Source of the DNA: an uncultured Candidatus Saccharibacteria bacterium
GTDB lineage: Bacteria > Patescibacteriota > Saccharimonadia > Saccharimonadales > CAZDBS01
Reading direction: 5' to 3'
DNA: 64,000 nt
Assembly: GCA_964503775.1 (NCBI GenBank)
Contig: CAZDBS010000001.1
Span: 9,621 to 73,620 of the forward strand
Under the pieces are notes generated by a model. The model did not search any database and had not been told where the DNA came from. It saw only the letters and a program-made list of their open reading frames with translations. Of this stretch, positions 6,782 through 15,551 are shown one piece after another (the stretch's first letter is position 1; each line of letters opens with the position of its first letter). The position numbers and the translations under genes were made by a program.

Positions 6782-7948
6782 TCAGTCTGCTGCGCAGCTT
6801 TGGGTGCTGACGGATGTATTCGAAGTTTTAGCAACTTCTACCTTATCCGAGAACTCTGAGGCAGCAATCGTATAACCGTATCCATCCTCAGTAACTGCCT
6901 TCGCGAATGTCATACCGGCCACTTTCCCACTAGCAAGTAACATAGGCCCGCCCGAATCACCCGATTCAACATCGGCCTGAACTTCATACACCATGCGACG
7001 ATTGATACTTGAGTCATAGATATCGCGCCCCAGTACACGTACCCGATTTATGACAGCACCAGGGGTAACTGTCAATCCCCCTCCTTCTGGATAGCCCAAC
7101 AACGCTACGACCGAACCTTTGGGCGTTGCTTCTGGGTCAAGCGAAAGTGGAGCACCGGCTAGATCTCTCACCAGCAGGAAAGCTACGTCTAAACCCGGAT
7201 CGAAGAAAACTGGTGTTGCTCCGTGTTTACCATTTCGATCGTAGACTACCGGACGACTGACGCCCGCTACAACGTGGGCATTGGTTATGACTAGGTCTTC
7301 GCTTACCACAAAACCTGAACCGGTTAGTATCCCGCCACACCCAAACCCCTGAATTTTCACTGTTGAGGCGGAGGCTTTGTCGGCGGCAGTCTGCAGCTCG
7401 GGTGAAGCAATAAGTGGAATCGTCACTTGGTGGCGACCCTCGACAGTCAGACCCTGTAGAATTTCCGGATTTACAAAACGTTTCAGCTGCGCCAGTACCG
7501 TTGGCGGTGTTGGCATAATTCGATTCATCGTTCGCACAACAAATGAACTTTGAATGTCCCTATCGCCCATAGTAGTTGGTAACTGCGCGAGGCTGGCAGC
7601 AAGTAGCCAGACGACTATCAGTACCGAAGTGACACTCACCATGACACCGAGTGAAGATTCGACAAATTTCAGCACGCTTCTATCAGTGACTTTTTTTAGT
7701 CTGCTGCCCAAGCTATCACCGATACCCGACATCGAAAAAGCAATCGCGAAGACAACCACGATGCCCAAGATCAGGTTAATTTCTGAACTTATAAAATACC
7801 TAAACAACATAGGCATCAGCCAACTAGCCAGCAGCAGGCCTAGGAAAAAGCCGACAATCGAAAACAATTGCCGAGAAAACCCAATACGCAGTCCTCTGCC
7901 CACAGCGGCTACGAGAAATAGGATGATAATACCGTCAACTATATTCAT
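6782..7948 (-). CDS. CvpA-family membrane domain fused to trypsin-like serine protease (MarP-like)
   Basis: N-terminal CvpA-like 4-TM region (MNIVDGIIILFLVAAVGRGLRIGF...). C-terminal S1 protease motifs TNAHVVAG (His), a candidate Asp in GLDVAFL, and GDSGGPM (Ser). Confidence 0.8.
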   Translation of the reverse strand: MNIVDGIIILFLVAAVGRGLRIGFSRQLFSIVGFFLGLLLASWLMPMLFRYFISSEINLILGIVVVFAIAFSMSGIGDSLGSRLKKVTDRSVLKFVESSLGVMVSVTSVLIVVWLLAASLAQLPTTMGDRDIQSSFVVRTMNRIMPTPPTVLAQLKRFVNPEILQGLTVEGRHQVTIPLIASPELQTAADKASASTVKIQGFGCGGILTGSGFVVSEDLVITNAHVVAGVSRPVVYDRNGKHGATPVFFDPGLDVAFLLVRDLAGAPLSLDPEATPKGSVVALLGYPEGGGLTVTPGAVINRVRVLGRDIYDSSINRRMVYEVQADVESGDSGGPMLLASGKVAGMTFAKAVTEDGYGYTIAASEFSDKVEVAKTSNTSVSTQSCAAD

Positions 7949-8010
7949 ACTTCAGCAATCCCGATCATTACCTGGATATATTGTAAACCCACTACCAAGA
8001 GGACGCGATG

Positions 8011-8727
8011 TTACGCACTGATCACCGAAGCCAACATATCACCGAGCACATATGCCAGAGTAGCAGCTATGCCACCCAGCAACAGGGTCTCGACTAGAGA
8101 TTTCCATCGATTGGTCGCCGTAACCCGTCCTTTGAGATAGCCGATCATCCCAAATGTTAGTGCTGTTAGGATTAGTGATGCATAGAACATCGTGTGTTCT
8201 TCCAACGAGGCACTGAGACCGATAAAGTACGAAACGAGCGGCACAGCACCGGCTGCACCAAACCCAGCAAAAGTTGCAGCCGCATCTTTAAAAGCTATGG
8301 TTTTGGAGGTGTCGGTGTTGACCACGCCGAACTCGTTGTGCATCAAATGTCTGATGACTTTTGACTCTTCCTTCATAGCTTCGTCCATAGCTTGTTGAAG
8401 CATTTGACCCTCAAATCCATAGTCGTTTTGGAAATGATGCTTGAGTGATGTCGCTACACGTATGTCACTCGTGGCATACCAATTGTGATAGCGCTTCTCA
8501 GCAAGTATTTTCTGTTGCTGTTCCGACCGTCTCGACACATAAGCACTGGCGGCCATCGAGAAACCGTCACCGACAAGGTTGGCGATACCTAAAATAAGCA
8601 CGAACTTAGGCGAGATGCCTGCACCGTAAGCGCCGGCCACTACTGCAAACGTCGTCACCGTCCCATCCACAGCACCATAGACAAACTGAGCAAAATAGGT
8701 GTTAAATTTGTGTTTAAGGGTGTTCAT
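8011..8727 (-). CDS. VIT1/CCC1 family iron/manganese transporter
   Basis: FVYGAVDGTVTTFAVVAGAYGAG N-terminal signature, a central cytoplasmic helical region and C-terminal TM helices. Confidence 0.75.
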   Translation of the reverse strand: MNTLKHKFNTYFAQFVYGAVDGTVTTFAVVAGAYGAGISPKFVLILGIANLVGDGFSMAASAYVSRRSEQQQKILAEKRYHNWYATSDIRVATSLKHHFQNDYGFEGQMLQQAMDEAMKEESKVIRHLMHNEFGVVNTDTSKTIAFKDAAATFAGFGAAGAVPLVSYFIGLSASLEEHTMFYASLILTALTFGMIGYLKGRVTATNRWKSLVETLLLGGIAATLAYVLGDMLASVISA

Positions 8728-8811
8728 CGGTTAAATCATACCACAATCGATCCCTGTTCTATCGCCTTTGAACAGATGGATGATAAAAGCTCAGTTGCCC
8801 AGGTCGGTTAA

Positions 8812-9459
8812 CTAGAAAAACAACTGATTAGCGATTAGGCCGGCCACGATCGGCAAGGCGATATTGTCGATGCCATAAATCCCCAGAGCTTCAGTCAACA
8901 TAAGTACGGACGAACCACCGCTGATATATATCGTCTTGGTTAGAGACTGTGAGTCAAACTCGTCCTTGATGGCCAACAAGCCACAAAAAATTAGTACGCA
9001 AGTCAGATAAAAAGCCAAACTACCCTCGAGACTTTTGGTGTCTTTACCGACTCGATATTTATGTTTGCCCCACTTGGTACCGATGAGCGCAGCTAGGGCG
9101 TCGGCGACAGCCATGACGAGCACCGCACTCGCAAATACCCGAGGCTGAGGGAAAAGCACGGCACTTATGCCGATACCGATAGCGTAGCTATATTCTCCAT
9201 AACTCTTGCGATCAACAGAGTGTATTGATTTGAAAACGCTGAATCGCTTAGAAACATAGACGGCGGCGATAAAACACATCGACAATGCCTGAATGGTTCG
9301 AAAAGATATGAGTAAAGGCCAAGCAGCGACGAGAAGCCCAGCCGTCATGTGCACAAACTTCCGCCCCATTTCACCGCGGATAAGCCGCATATGCCAGAGA
9401 ACTTCTGACACCACGAGAAGAACGAAGATACTGCCGACCGCTACTGCAAGCTGATACAT
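8812..9459 (-). CDS. CTP-transferase-1 family membrane protein (dolichol/polyprenol kinase or CdsA-like)
   Basis: Polytopic membrane protein with RKFVHMTAG and GTKWGKHKY...KSLEGSLAFY blocks, typical of the phosphatidate cytidylyltransferase / dolichol kinase superfamily. Confidence 0.5.
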   Translation of the reverse strand: MYQLAVAVGSIFVLLVVSEVLWHMRLIRGEMGRKFVHMTAGLLVAAWPLLISFRTIQALSMCFIAAVYVSKRFSVFKSIHSVDRKSYGEYSYAIGIGISAVLFPQPRVFASAVLVMAVADALAALIGTKWGKHKYRVGKDTKSLEGSLAFYLTCVLIFCGLLAIKDEFDSQSLTKTIYISGGSSVLMLTEALGIYGIDNIALPIVAGLIANQLFF

Positions 9460-9510
9460 ACTTAAAGTCTATTGTACTACTTAACGGCTATTTGATTTAT
9501 AATCACGCAG

Positions 9511-10137
9511 ATGCAGCACACTATCTTTGATCTACCCTTCGAGGGTCAATGGCTTACGTTTTGGGGAGGTGACAACTCTGAACAAAACACTCATCATGAT
9601 AATTACCTGCAGCAGCACGCTTTTGACTTTATCCAAGTTGATGAATCGGGTAAGTTTTTTCGTACCGATGGCAAAACTAACGAAGATTACTATTCCTTTG
9701 GCCAGCCGATCCTTGCCCCGGCCGGTGGAGAAATAATAGAAGCTGTCGATGGCATGCGGGACAATCTTCCTGGCGCGTCGAATCATTACATGGCTATGGG
9801 TAACTTTGTGCTGATTAGGCATAGCGACCACGAATACTCCCTTCTAGCACATCTTCGCCAGGGAAGCGTCTGCGTTAAGGCGGGTCAGCACATCAAACCC
9901 GGTGAGAAAATTGGCGAATGCGGCAATAGTGGTAATTCATCAGACCCCCATCTTCATTACCATCTACAGGATTCAGATATCATCGCTCGCTTTGATGAGA
10001 ACTATAAACAACGAGATGTTGCTAGAGGAGTCAAAGTCACTTTTTCAAATGTTTCGGTAGTCAAAAATGGTCTACTCACATCGAAGAAGACATACTCGCC
10101 AGTCAAAGGTGACGTGGTTCAACCAACCGATTCGTGA
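9511..10137 (+). CDS. M23 family metallopeptidase (no signal peptide)
   Basis: HAFDF (HxxxD) and GNSGNSSDPHLHYHL (HxH) motifs with the typical V.AG..I..GE.IG barrel segment. Confidence 0.8.
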   Translation: MQHTIFDLPFEGQWLTFWGGDNSEQNTHHDNYLQQHAFDFIQVDESGKFFRTDGKTNEDYYSFGQPILAPAGGEIIEAVDGMRDNLPGASNHYMAMGNFVLIRHSDHEYSLLAHLRQGSVCVKAGQHIKPGEKIGECGNSGNSSDPHLHYHLQDSDIIARFDENYKQRDVARGVKVTFSNVSVVKNGLLTSKKTYSPVKGDVVQPTDS

Positions 10138-10183
10138 GGGGATTCACGAATCGGAAAGCGTAAGAATTGATGGAGGTTGGAAG

Positions 10184-10207
10184 TTAAAACAGCTCCCGCT
10201 GTTTTAA
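10184..10207. terminator. Bidirectional hairpin terminator between the M23 gene and tRNA-Pro
   Basis: ttaaaacagc-tccc-gctgttttaa perfect stem flanked by A/T runs on both strands. Confidence 0.6.
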
Positions 10208-10232
10208 CGGAAGCCGTAATGCAATTCTAAGC

Positions 10233-10309
10233 TGGTCGGGGTGGCGGGATTTGAACCCACGACCTCGTCGTCCCGAACGACGCGCGCTACCAAGCTGCGC
10301 TACACCCCG
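10233..10309 (-). tRNA. tRNA-Pro(CGG), CCA encoded
   Basis: The reverse complement starts cggggtg. Anticodon stem cgtcg (gtcgt)/acgac with loop tt-CGG-ga, T-arm gtggg-ttcaaat-cccgc. Confidence 0.9.
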
Positions 10310-10334
10310 TTGTCTTTATATGCCTATTACTGTA

Positions 10335-10356
10335 AAAACCCACGTATGTGGGTTTT
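10335..10356. terminator. Hairpin terminator between the two tRNA-Pro genes
   Basis: aaaaacccac-gtat-gtgggttttt. Confidence 0.6.
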
Positions 10357-10360
10357 TATT

Positions 10361-10437
10361 TGGTCGGGGTGAAAGGACTCGAACCTTCGACCTCCGCGTC
10401 CCAAACGCGGCGCGCTAGCCAACTGCGCCACACCCCG
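10361..10437 (-). tRNA. tRNA-Pro(UGG), CCA encoded
   Basis: The reverse complement is cggggtgtggcgcagttggctagcgcgccgcgtTTGGGacgcgg..., anticodon loop tt-TGG-ga, T-arm gaagg-ttcgagt-ccttt. Confidence 0.9.
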
Positions 10438-10524
10438 AGAAGTGTGAAATCGTGATGAATTATAGCGTAAATAACAGATAAAATCCATCTATCCAAACAA
10501 GCTTATGCTAATGTTTAGGTAAGT

Positions 10525-11397
10525 ATGAAAGTTTTATTGATTCCTCTACTCGCGGCGATAGCTGAACCGGCGAATATGATCATCGCCAAAATCAGCCTGA
10601 CACGAATCCGAATCAGCATACGAGACTACATGCCTGGATCATTTGTATTTCTCACGCTATGCTCGGCACTCTCGCTCGTAAAACTTGGGCACTTCTCGAC
10701 CTTTCATATGACAGGCAACGGTATCCTTAAGCTAGGGGCTATTATCGTCGTTGCTTCAGTCTGGAACGTCCTCTATTACAAAGGTCTCAGCAAAGAGAAG
10801 CTTAATACGACAGAAGGCATAACCATTCTGATGCCCCTAGCCACGATTGCCCTGTCCTGGTTATTCGTGCCGACCAGTTTTAACGTACACATCGCCGTTA
10901 CCGCATCTCTCGCAACTGCCATCATCATTTGGACATATCGTTCAAAAAACATCTTCAGACCGGATCGATACAGCATCATGCTGGCGGTAGCTGTCATACT
11001 GATCGCACTCGAAGACAATCTAGTGTCACAGGTGCTGACCGAGAATTCCATTTCACCAGCGTTGTTATATACCATCAGAGTAAGTGTTATATCGGTCATC
11101 ATGTACATGATTTACAGGCCCTCACTTCGCAAGCTTAAACCCAAAAGCCTGTTTGTTTTGGCGCTCACTGGTGCAATCGGAACAACAACTATGCTACTTC
11201 TCTATTATGGACTGCGTGATGCCGGAGTCGTTGCTACGGCTTTTATCTACATCCTCGTGCCCGTCCTCGTACTTTTCTCTGCACACAAATATCTTCATGA
11301 AAAAATCAAACCGAGCCGACTTTTGGCAATGACTGCGGTGTGTTCTTTAATTCTCTTTGCAATGTTAACCAATTATTCTCAGATCTCGAACAAATAG
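10525..11397 (+). CDS. Polytopic membrane protein, DMT/EamA-like transporter (tentative)
   Basis: About 10 predicted TM helices in two similar halves. No diagnostic motif recognised beyond topology and size. Confidence 0.4.
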   Translation: MKVLLIPLLAAIAEPANMIIAKISLTRIRISIRDYMPGSFVFLTLCSALSLVKLGHFSTFHMTGNGILKLGAIIVVASVWNVLYYKGLSKEKLNTTEGITILMPLATIALSWLFVPTSFNVHIAVTASLATAIIIWTYRSKNIFRPDRYSIMLAVAVILIALEDNLVSQVLTENSISPALLYTIRVSVISVIMYMIYRPSLRKLKPKSLFVLALTGAIGTTTMLLLYYGLRDAGVVATAFIYILVPVLVLFSAHKYLHEKIKPSRLLAMTAVCSLILFAMLTNYSQISNK

Positions 11398-11476
11398 GCT
11401 CACGGGCGTGGTAGTTTTGCCAAGGCTATCGAAATGATGCTATAATTAGCGTAATTTCAGGGGTAAAACTTGGCGT

Positions 11477-11635
11477 ATGAAATATGCATCTATAACCGTT
11501 ACACTATTTTTCATCTGGCTTGCTGTTGTCCTTATAGCTGTCCTCGTACGCAAGACCGACCAAGTCTTCCAACTCTACCTTATGTTGGTTTTCTTTACCG
11601 TAACAATGTTTATCATCGGATTTCGTCATAACTAG
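11477..11635 (+). CDS. 52-aa two-TM membrane protein (below the ORF-track cutoff)
   Basis: My translation is MKYASITVTLFFIWLAVVLIAVLVRKTDQVFQLYLMLVFFTVTMFIIGFRHN. The stop lies 1 nt before the ABC1 kinase ATG. I prefer it over the antisense track ORF 11504-11737. Confidence 0.45.
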   Translation: MKYASITVTLFFIWLAVVLIAVLVRKTDQVFQLYLMLVFFTVTMFIIGFRHN

Positions 11636-11636
11636 C

Positions 11637-13262
11637 ATGGCACCTGTCAGGCGCAAACACAGAGCACTCAAGCGAACTGCTCGTCGAGCTGGAGTTACGA
11701 GTTCGCGTATGAGTGCACAGATGAAACGGCAACGCACCGCGCGATTGATGAAAACTCTATCACGGGCTTATTATCACCATAAGCGCGGTGAGGAAAAGTT
11801 AGTCCACCAGATCATAGTCGAAGATTTTGTCAGTTTTGGCGGCGTGTATGTCAAGTTTTTACAAGGCGTATTGCTCCAAAGTCGAATTCTCAAAAATGCC
11901 AACATCGAAGACCGGCTCAAGGTCTTCGAAACACTTGATCCTGAACCGGTTGATATCCTCGAGCACTTACAACGAGAGCTCCCACCTCATAAATTATCGC
12001 GCATCAAAGCAATTGGTCGATTGCCGTTCGCTGCCGGCTCATTCGGACAGGTCTATATGGGTGAGTTGGACACGGGTCAGCGCATCATTATCAAACTCCT
12101 GCGCCCACATATACGCGAGACCCTAACGTTTGATCTGCGTATTCTGAGTAGTTTTGCACGAGCCACCACAGGCTGGTTCATGAAGAACATCGAAGCTGAC
12201 TACACGTCAGCTATACAGGACTTCAAGCGGGCAACGTTGGGCGAAACCGATTACGTTGCCGAAGCTCATTTCGCACATCAAATGTACACTTATTACAAAG
12301 ATCATCCAGATTTCATAGTCCCAGAAACATTCTTGGATCTCTGCACCGCCAATATTATTGTCCAGGAATTTGTAGACGGCATCTCTGGAGCAGAGCTCAT
12401 CAAGATCAAGGAAAAGCAGGGCATCGAACCTGCCACATACATCAAACAAACATTGCAATCTGATCTAGCTTTGCAGCTCGAGATGTTTGGTTATGAGTTT
12501 TTGTACGGTGTTTTCTCCCACGGTCTCATACAGGGCGACCCCCATCCTGGCAACGTCAAGTTCTTAAGCGGAAACCGTGTCGGACTCATCGACTTCGGGA
12601 TCTCGGCACATGCGCCTAGAGATAAGTTCGGGCTCCTGGAACTCATCAAGCAGTACCAAAAGATCCTCGACGGTGCTCCGGATGTCACTGAGCTTTACGC
12701 TCAATTCATGCGCTTTTTTGTAGCCGATCTTTACAAAGCCTTGAAAACCCTTGGCAAATTACGAACCTCAGCCACTGACGAAGATTTGACCAACATTATC
12801 GGCTCCGTTGCTGGCAAAGCTTTTGAAACAGAAATCGGCCAGGACAGTGAGAAAGTCAAAGCCATGGTCAAAGACGGTTCATTGCTAACCATGATCAACC
12901 GCACCATGAACAAAGGCAATCGGTTCGGATTTGTCGTTCAGTTGCAGGCCGGTGACATGTTGCGAGCTGCCCGTACATACATAGCGTTGCTCGGCTCTCT
13001 CAACTTGCGTAACGAAGTTATGCCGATAGTCTTTGAGAAAGTAGCGGCTGACGTCCAGACTAATGCTCACGAACTTGGGATCAACGCAGATTCTGAGGCA
13101 GCGATCAGTATGGATACTGCCGTGCAGACTATCGCCTCTTGGCTCGAGCGCGTCGCCGAACGCGATCCTGCCCTACTGTCTCAGTTGATGAAGAAAATCT
13201 ACGCCAATGAACTGCCAGGCATATCGCCCACTGTTCAAGACACGAAGGAGAAAGTAGAATAA
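11637..13262 (+). CDS. ABC1/UbiB/AarF family atypical protein kinase
   Basis: AAGSFGQVYMGEL...IIIKLLRP (nucleotide loop plus Lys), QGDPHPGNV (catalytic loop) and LIDFG (DFG). Confidence 0.8.
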   Translation: MAPVRRKHRALKRTARRAGVTSSRMSAQMKRQRTARLMKTLSRAYYHHKRGEEKLVHQIIVEDFVSFGGVYVKFLQGVLLQSRILKNANIEDRLKVFETLDPEPVDILEHLQRELPPHKLSRIKAIGRLPFAAGSFGQVYMGELDTGQRIIIKLLRPHIRETLTFDLRILSSFARATTGWFMKNIEADYTSAIQDFKRATLGETDYVAEAHFAHQMYTYYKDHPDFIVPETFLDLCTANIIVQEFVDGISGAELIKIKEKQGIEPATYIKQTLQSDLALQLEMFGYEFLYGVFSHGLIQGDPHPGNVKFLSGNRVGLIDFGISAHAPRDKFGLLELIKQYQKILDGAPDVTELYAQFMRFFVADLYKALKTLGKLRTSATDEDLTNIIGSVAGKAFETEIGQDSEKVKAMVKDGSLLTMINRTMNKGNRFGFVVQLQAGDMLRAARTYIALLGSLNLRNEVMPIVFEKVAADVQTNAHELGINADSEAAISMDTAVQTIASWLERVAERDPALLSQLMKKIYANELPGISPTVQDTKEKVE

Positions 13263-13266
13263 ACGC

Positions 13267-13452
13267 ATGAAGGAACTCCTACTCTTTGTTAAACACCCCT
13301 ACACAGCCATTATCATAGCCACGCTCTGGCTAGGTACAGCTGCTCTCATAGGTATCGATCGTAAATTACCTATTACTAAGATGGTCTTGATAAACATGGT
13401 CGCCAGCCTCGTCATGGCGACGGTCGGATTCAAAACAAAAAAAGAGTCCTGA
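13267..13452 (+). CDS. 61-aa two-TM membrane protein
   Basis: Hydrophobic hairpin YTAIIIATLWLGTAALIGI ... MVLINMVASLVMATVGF. Starts 4 nt after the kinase stop. Confidence 0.45.
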   Translation: MKELLLFVKHPYTAIIIATLWLGTAALIGIDRKLPITKMVLINMVASLVMATVGFKTKKES

Positions 13453-13507
13453 GTAACTCCCCTTGTATTTACAAATGAACCGGGTTATAACATTAGCATA
13501 AGCAAAA

Positions 13508-14755
13508 ATGCAAAGGATCGACAACATGCCCGCCAAAACTAAGAAAAAAACAACAAAGACACGAAGCACTAAATCAAAAAAAAGCGCTGGCCTAAAGTCA
13601 AGTTATAGTTTTAATGGCAAGCATATCTCATCCGTCGTGATGATGTTTATACTGTTTGGCGCCATCCTAGGTGGATATGTCCTGATTCGTTCTTTTGCAA
13701 CTCTTGGTAACACCAGTACCGTCCTACCACCGAGCGATGTAAAACTTTGTAAGAATCCTGAAAACCCAACTGCCGGCACTAGATACGACTGGGTTGTTGC
13801 GCCAAACAACAACACAGCACTATGTAGTTTGGTATGGGCAAATCAGCAAGCTCACCCCCAATTCATTGATCCTATGGGCGGTAGTCAAACGGTATATCGA
13901 CTCACTAAGTCACGCTACCTAGTGGATCTGAAAAACGACCCAATTCCAAATGCCCAAAGTACTAACATCGTTGATTTTGGTATCCTACTTAACCACACAC
14001 TTACCAACAAGTCAGTCGCGAGTGATTATGTCGATGGTGACGATTCGGCAATTCCTATCTATCAAAACGGCGGAGGCTTACCTGGCTATGACGTGACGTG
14101 TCGCAGCGATACTGGGGTCAATGGCGACTTCAAATCTGGCGATAACACCATCCGACTTGTAGTTACTATGTACAATACAGGTAGTACTACCTGGAAGCCA
14201 ACGCAATACGCCTTATCTTATACGCCGGTTAGTGCCAATGTATTCAGCGGAAGTAGTGTTGTTGCGAATCTTACCAAAGAGGTGGGGCGTGGCGATAAAT
14301 TCGACTTCAACGTAACGTTGCCTATGCCACAAGCCAATGGATACTACTTGCTCGATACGGTCATGACAAATAACGGCAAGCCGTTTGGCGCAATCGCCGT
14401 CTGTCAATTACAACGTTTCCGGGATGGTTGGTTCGATTACTCAGGGACAGTTGCTGCCACCGCAACACCGACTGTAAGCTTCAATGTAGCTAGTTCGGTT
14501 GCAGCAGGAACAAACATCGGCCAGCTCGTCCAGGATCAACTGCGAAAACTAGTACCCGGTACGACTGCAGTTATCAAAACCGGCAGTTGGCAATCCACAT
14601 CCAATTCAGTGACAATTACAAACACTACAGATGTCTCAAACATGACGTTCCCCTCGGGAGATTACGTCATCAACGTCAAAGACTCTACCGGCGTCACGAT
14701 TGCCACAAAACGAGTAACAGTTCGACAAGTACCCTCAAGCAACTGGAATCAGTAG
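13508..14755 (+). CDS. Membrane-anchored extracellular protein with NBR1/Ig-like domain (hypothetical)
   Basis: Lys-rich N-terminal tail, the TM segment ISSVVMMFILFGAILGGYVLI, and the block TIRLVVTMYNTGSTTWKP...GDKFDFNVTLPMPQANGYYLLDTVMTNNGKPFG, which resembles bacterial NBR1-FW-like domains. Confidence 0.4.
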   Translation: MQRIDNMPAKTKKKTTKTRSTKSKKSAGLKSSYSFNGKHISSVVMMFILFGAILGGYVLIRSFATLGNTSTVLPPSDVKLCKNPENPTAGTRYDWVVAPNNNTALCSLVWANQQAHPQFIDPMGGSQTVYRLTKSRYLVDLKNDPIPNAQSTNIVDFGILLNHTLTNKSVASDYVDGDDSAIPIYQNGGGLPGYDVTCRSDTGVNGDFKSGDNTIRLVVTMYNTGSTTWKPTQYALSYTPVSANVFSGSSVVANLTKEVGRGDKFDFNVTLPMPQANGYYLLDTVMTNNGKPFGAIAVCQLQRFRDGWFDYSGTVAATATPTVSFNVASSVAAGTNIGQLVQDQLRKLVPGTTAVIKTGSWQSTSNSVTITNTTDVSNMTFPSGDYVINVKDSTGVTIATKRVTVRQVPSSNWNQ

Positions 14756-14756
14756 T

Positions 14757-15548
14757 TCATCGCTCGATCGTTTGTTGAATTGAAACAATCGACGAAGCCA
14801 ATCCTTTTGCGTTTGTCTGGATAAGGACGGCATTAAATTGCCAAGGACCGTCATATTCAATCTCATTGCGATTCACCACACCATCTCGCCAACGCGGTAT
14901 GACCGCATCCAGTTTTATCCCCAGACTGGAGTGCAGAATCCCAGTCATACCAACATCTGTGATATGTGCCGTGCCCCTCGGAAGTACCATCGCATCGGCC
15001 GTCGGTACGTGCCAATGATCGCCAATGACGGCGCTAACTTTTCCATCGAGATAGTAACCGAATATAACCTTCTCGCTGCTGTAGTCGCCGTGGATATTGA
15101 CGATAGTAGCGACTCGCTCGATGTCTCTGTTTTCCGCCAGTATGGCGTCAACAGTCTGTAGTGGATTCTTCGTAACAACGCGTTTATCGATAACTGTTGC
15201 CAATATGCTAATGACCAGCACTTTACCATGTTTGGTTTCGATATATTTCCAACCTCGTCCCGGGCAACCAAGCATATTTGCTGGGCCTATGACCGGTTGG
15301 GAAAGGTCTTCGAGTAAGGGGTTCAACCCGTCTAGCTTCGGAGTGTGATTGCCACCGGTGAAAAAATCCACGCCAGCTGTTTGCAGACGTTTCATATCCC
15401 CTAACGACATACTGCGTCCATTTGTGACATTCTCAGCCTGAGCGATAACTAGATCAATCTGGCGTTCTTTTCGTAAATCCGGCAAGACCGTCTCGATAGT
15501 CTCGATACCTGGCCTCGCCATGATGTCACCGATGTACAGAATCTTCAT
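14757..15548 (-). CDS. ymdB: YmdB-family metallophosphoesterase (2',3'-cyclic-nucleotide phosphodiesterase)
   Basis: MKILYIGDIMARPG N-terminus, GNH and GDHWH metal ligands. Lies directly downstream of rny, as in Firmicutes. Confidence 0.85.
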   Translation of the reverse strand: MKILYIGDIMARPGIETIETVLPDLRKERQIDLVIAQAENVTNGRSMSLGDMKRLQTAGVDFFTGGNHTPKLDGLNPLLEDLSQPVIGPANMLGCPGRGWKYIETKHGKVLVISILATVIDKRVVTKNPLQTVDAILAENRDIERVATIVNIHGDYSSEKVIFGYYLDGKVSAVIGDHWHVPTADAMVLPRGTAHITDVGMTGILHSSLGIKLDAVIPRWRDGVVNRNEIEYDGPWQFNAVLIQTNAKGLASSIVSIQQTIER

Positions 15549-15551
15549 CGG

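Noticed and set aside
11504-11737. A 77-aa minus-strand ORF between the DMT-like gene and the ABC1 kinase.
   Set aside because: It overlaps the kinase start and has a Cys/Arg-rich, non-membrane, non-globular sequence. The plus-strand 52-aa two-TM ORF, coupled to the kinase ATG, is the more plausible reading.
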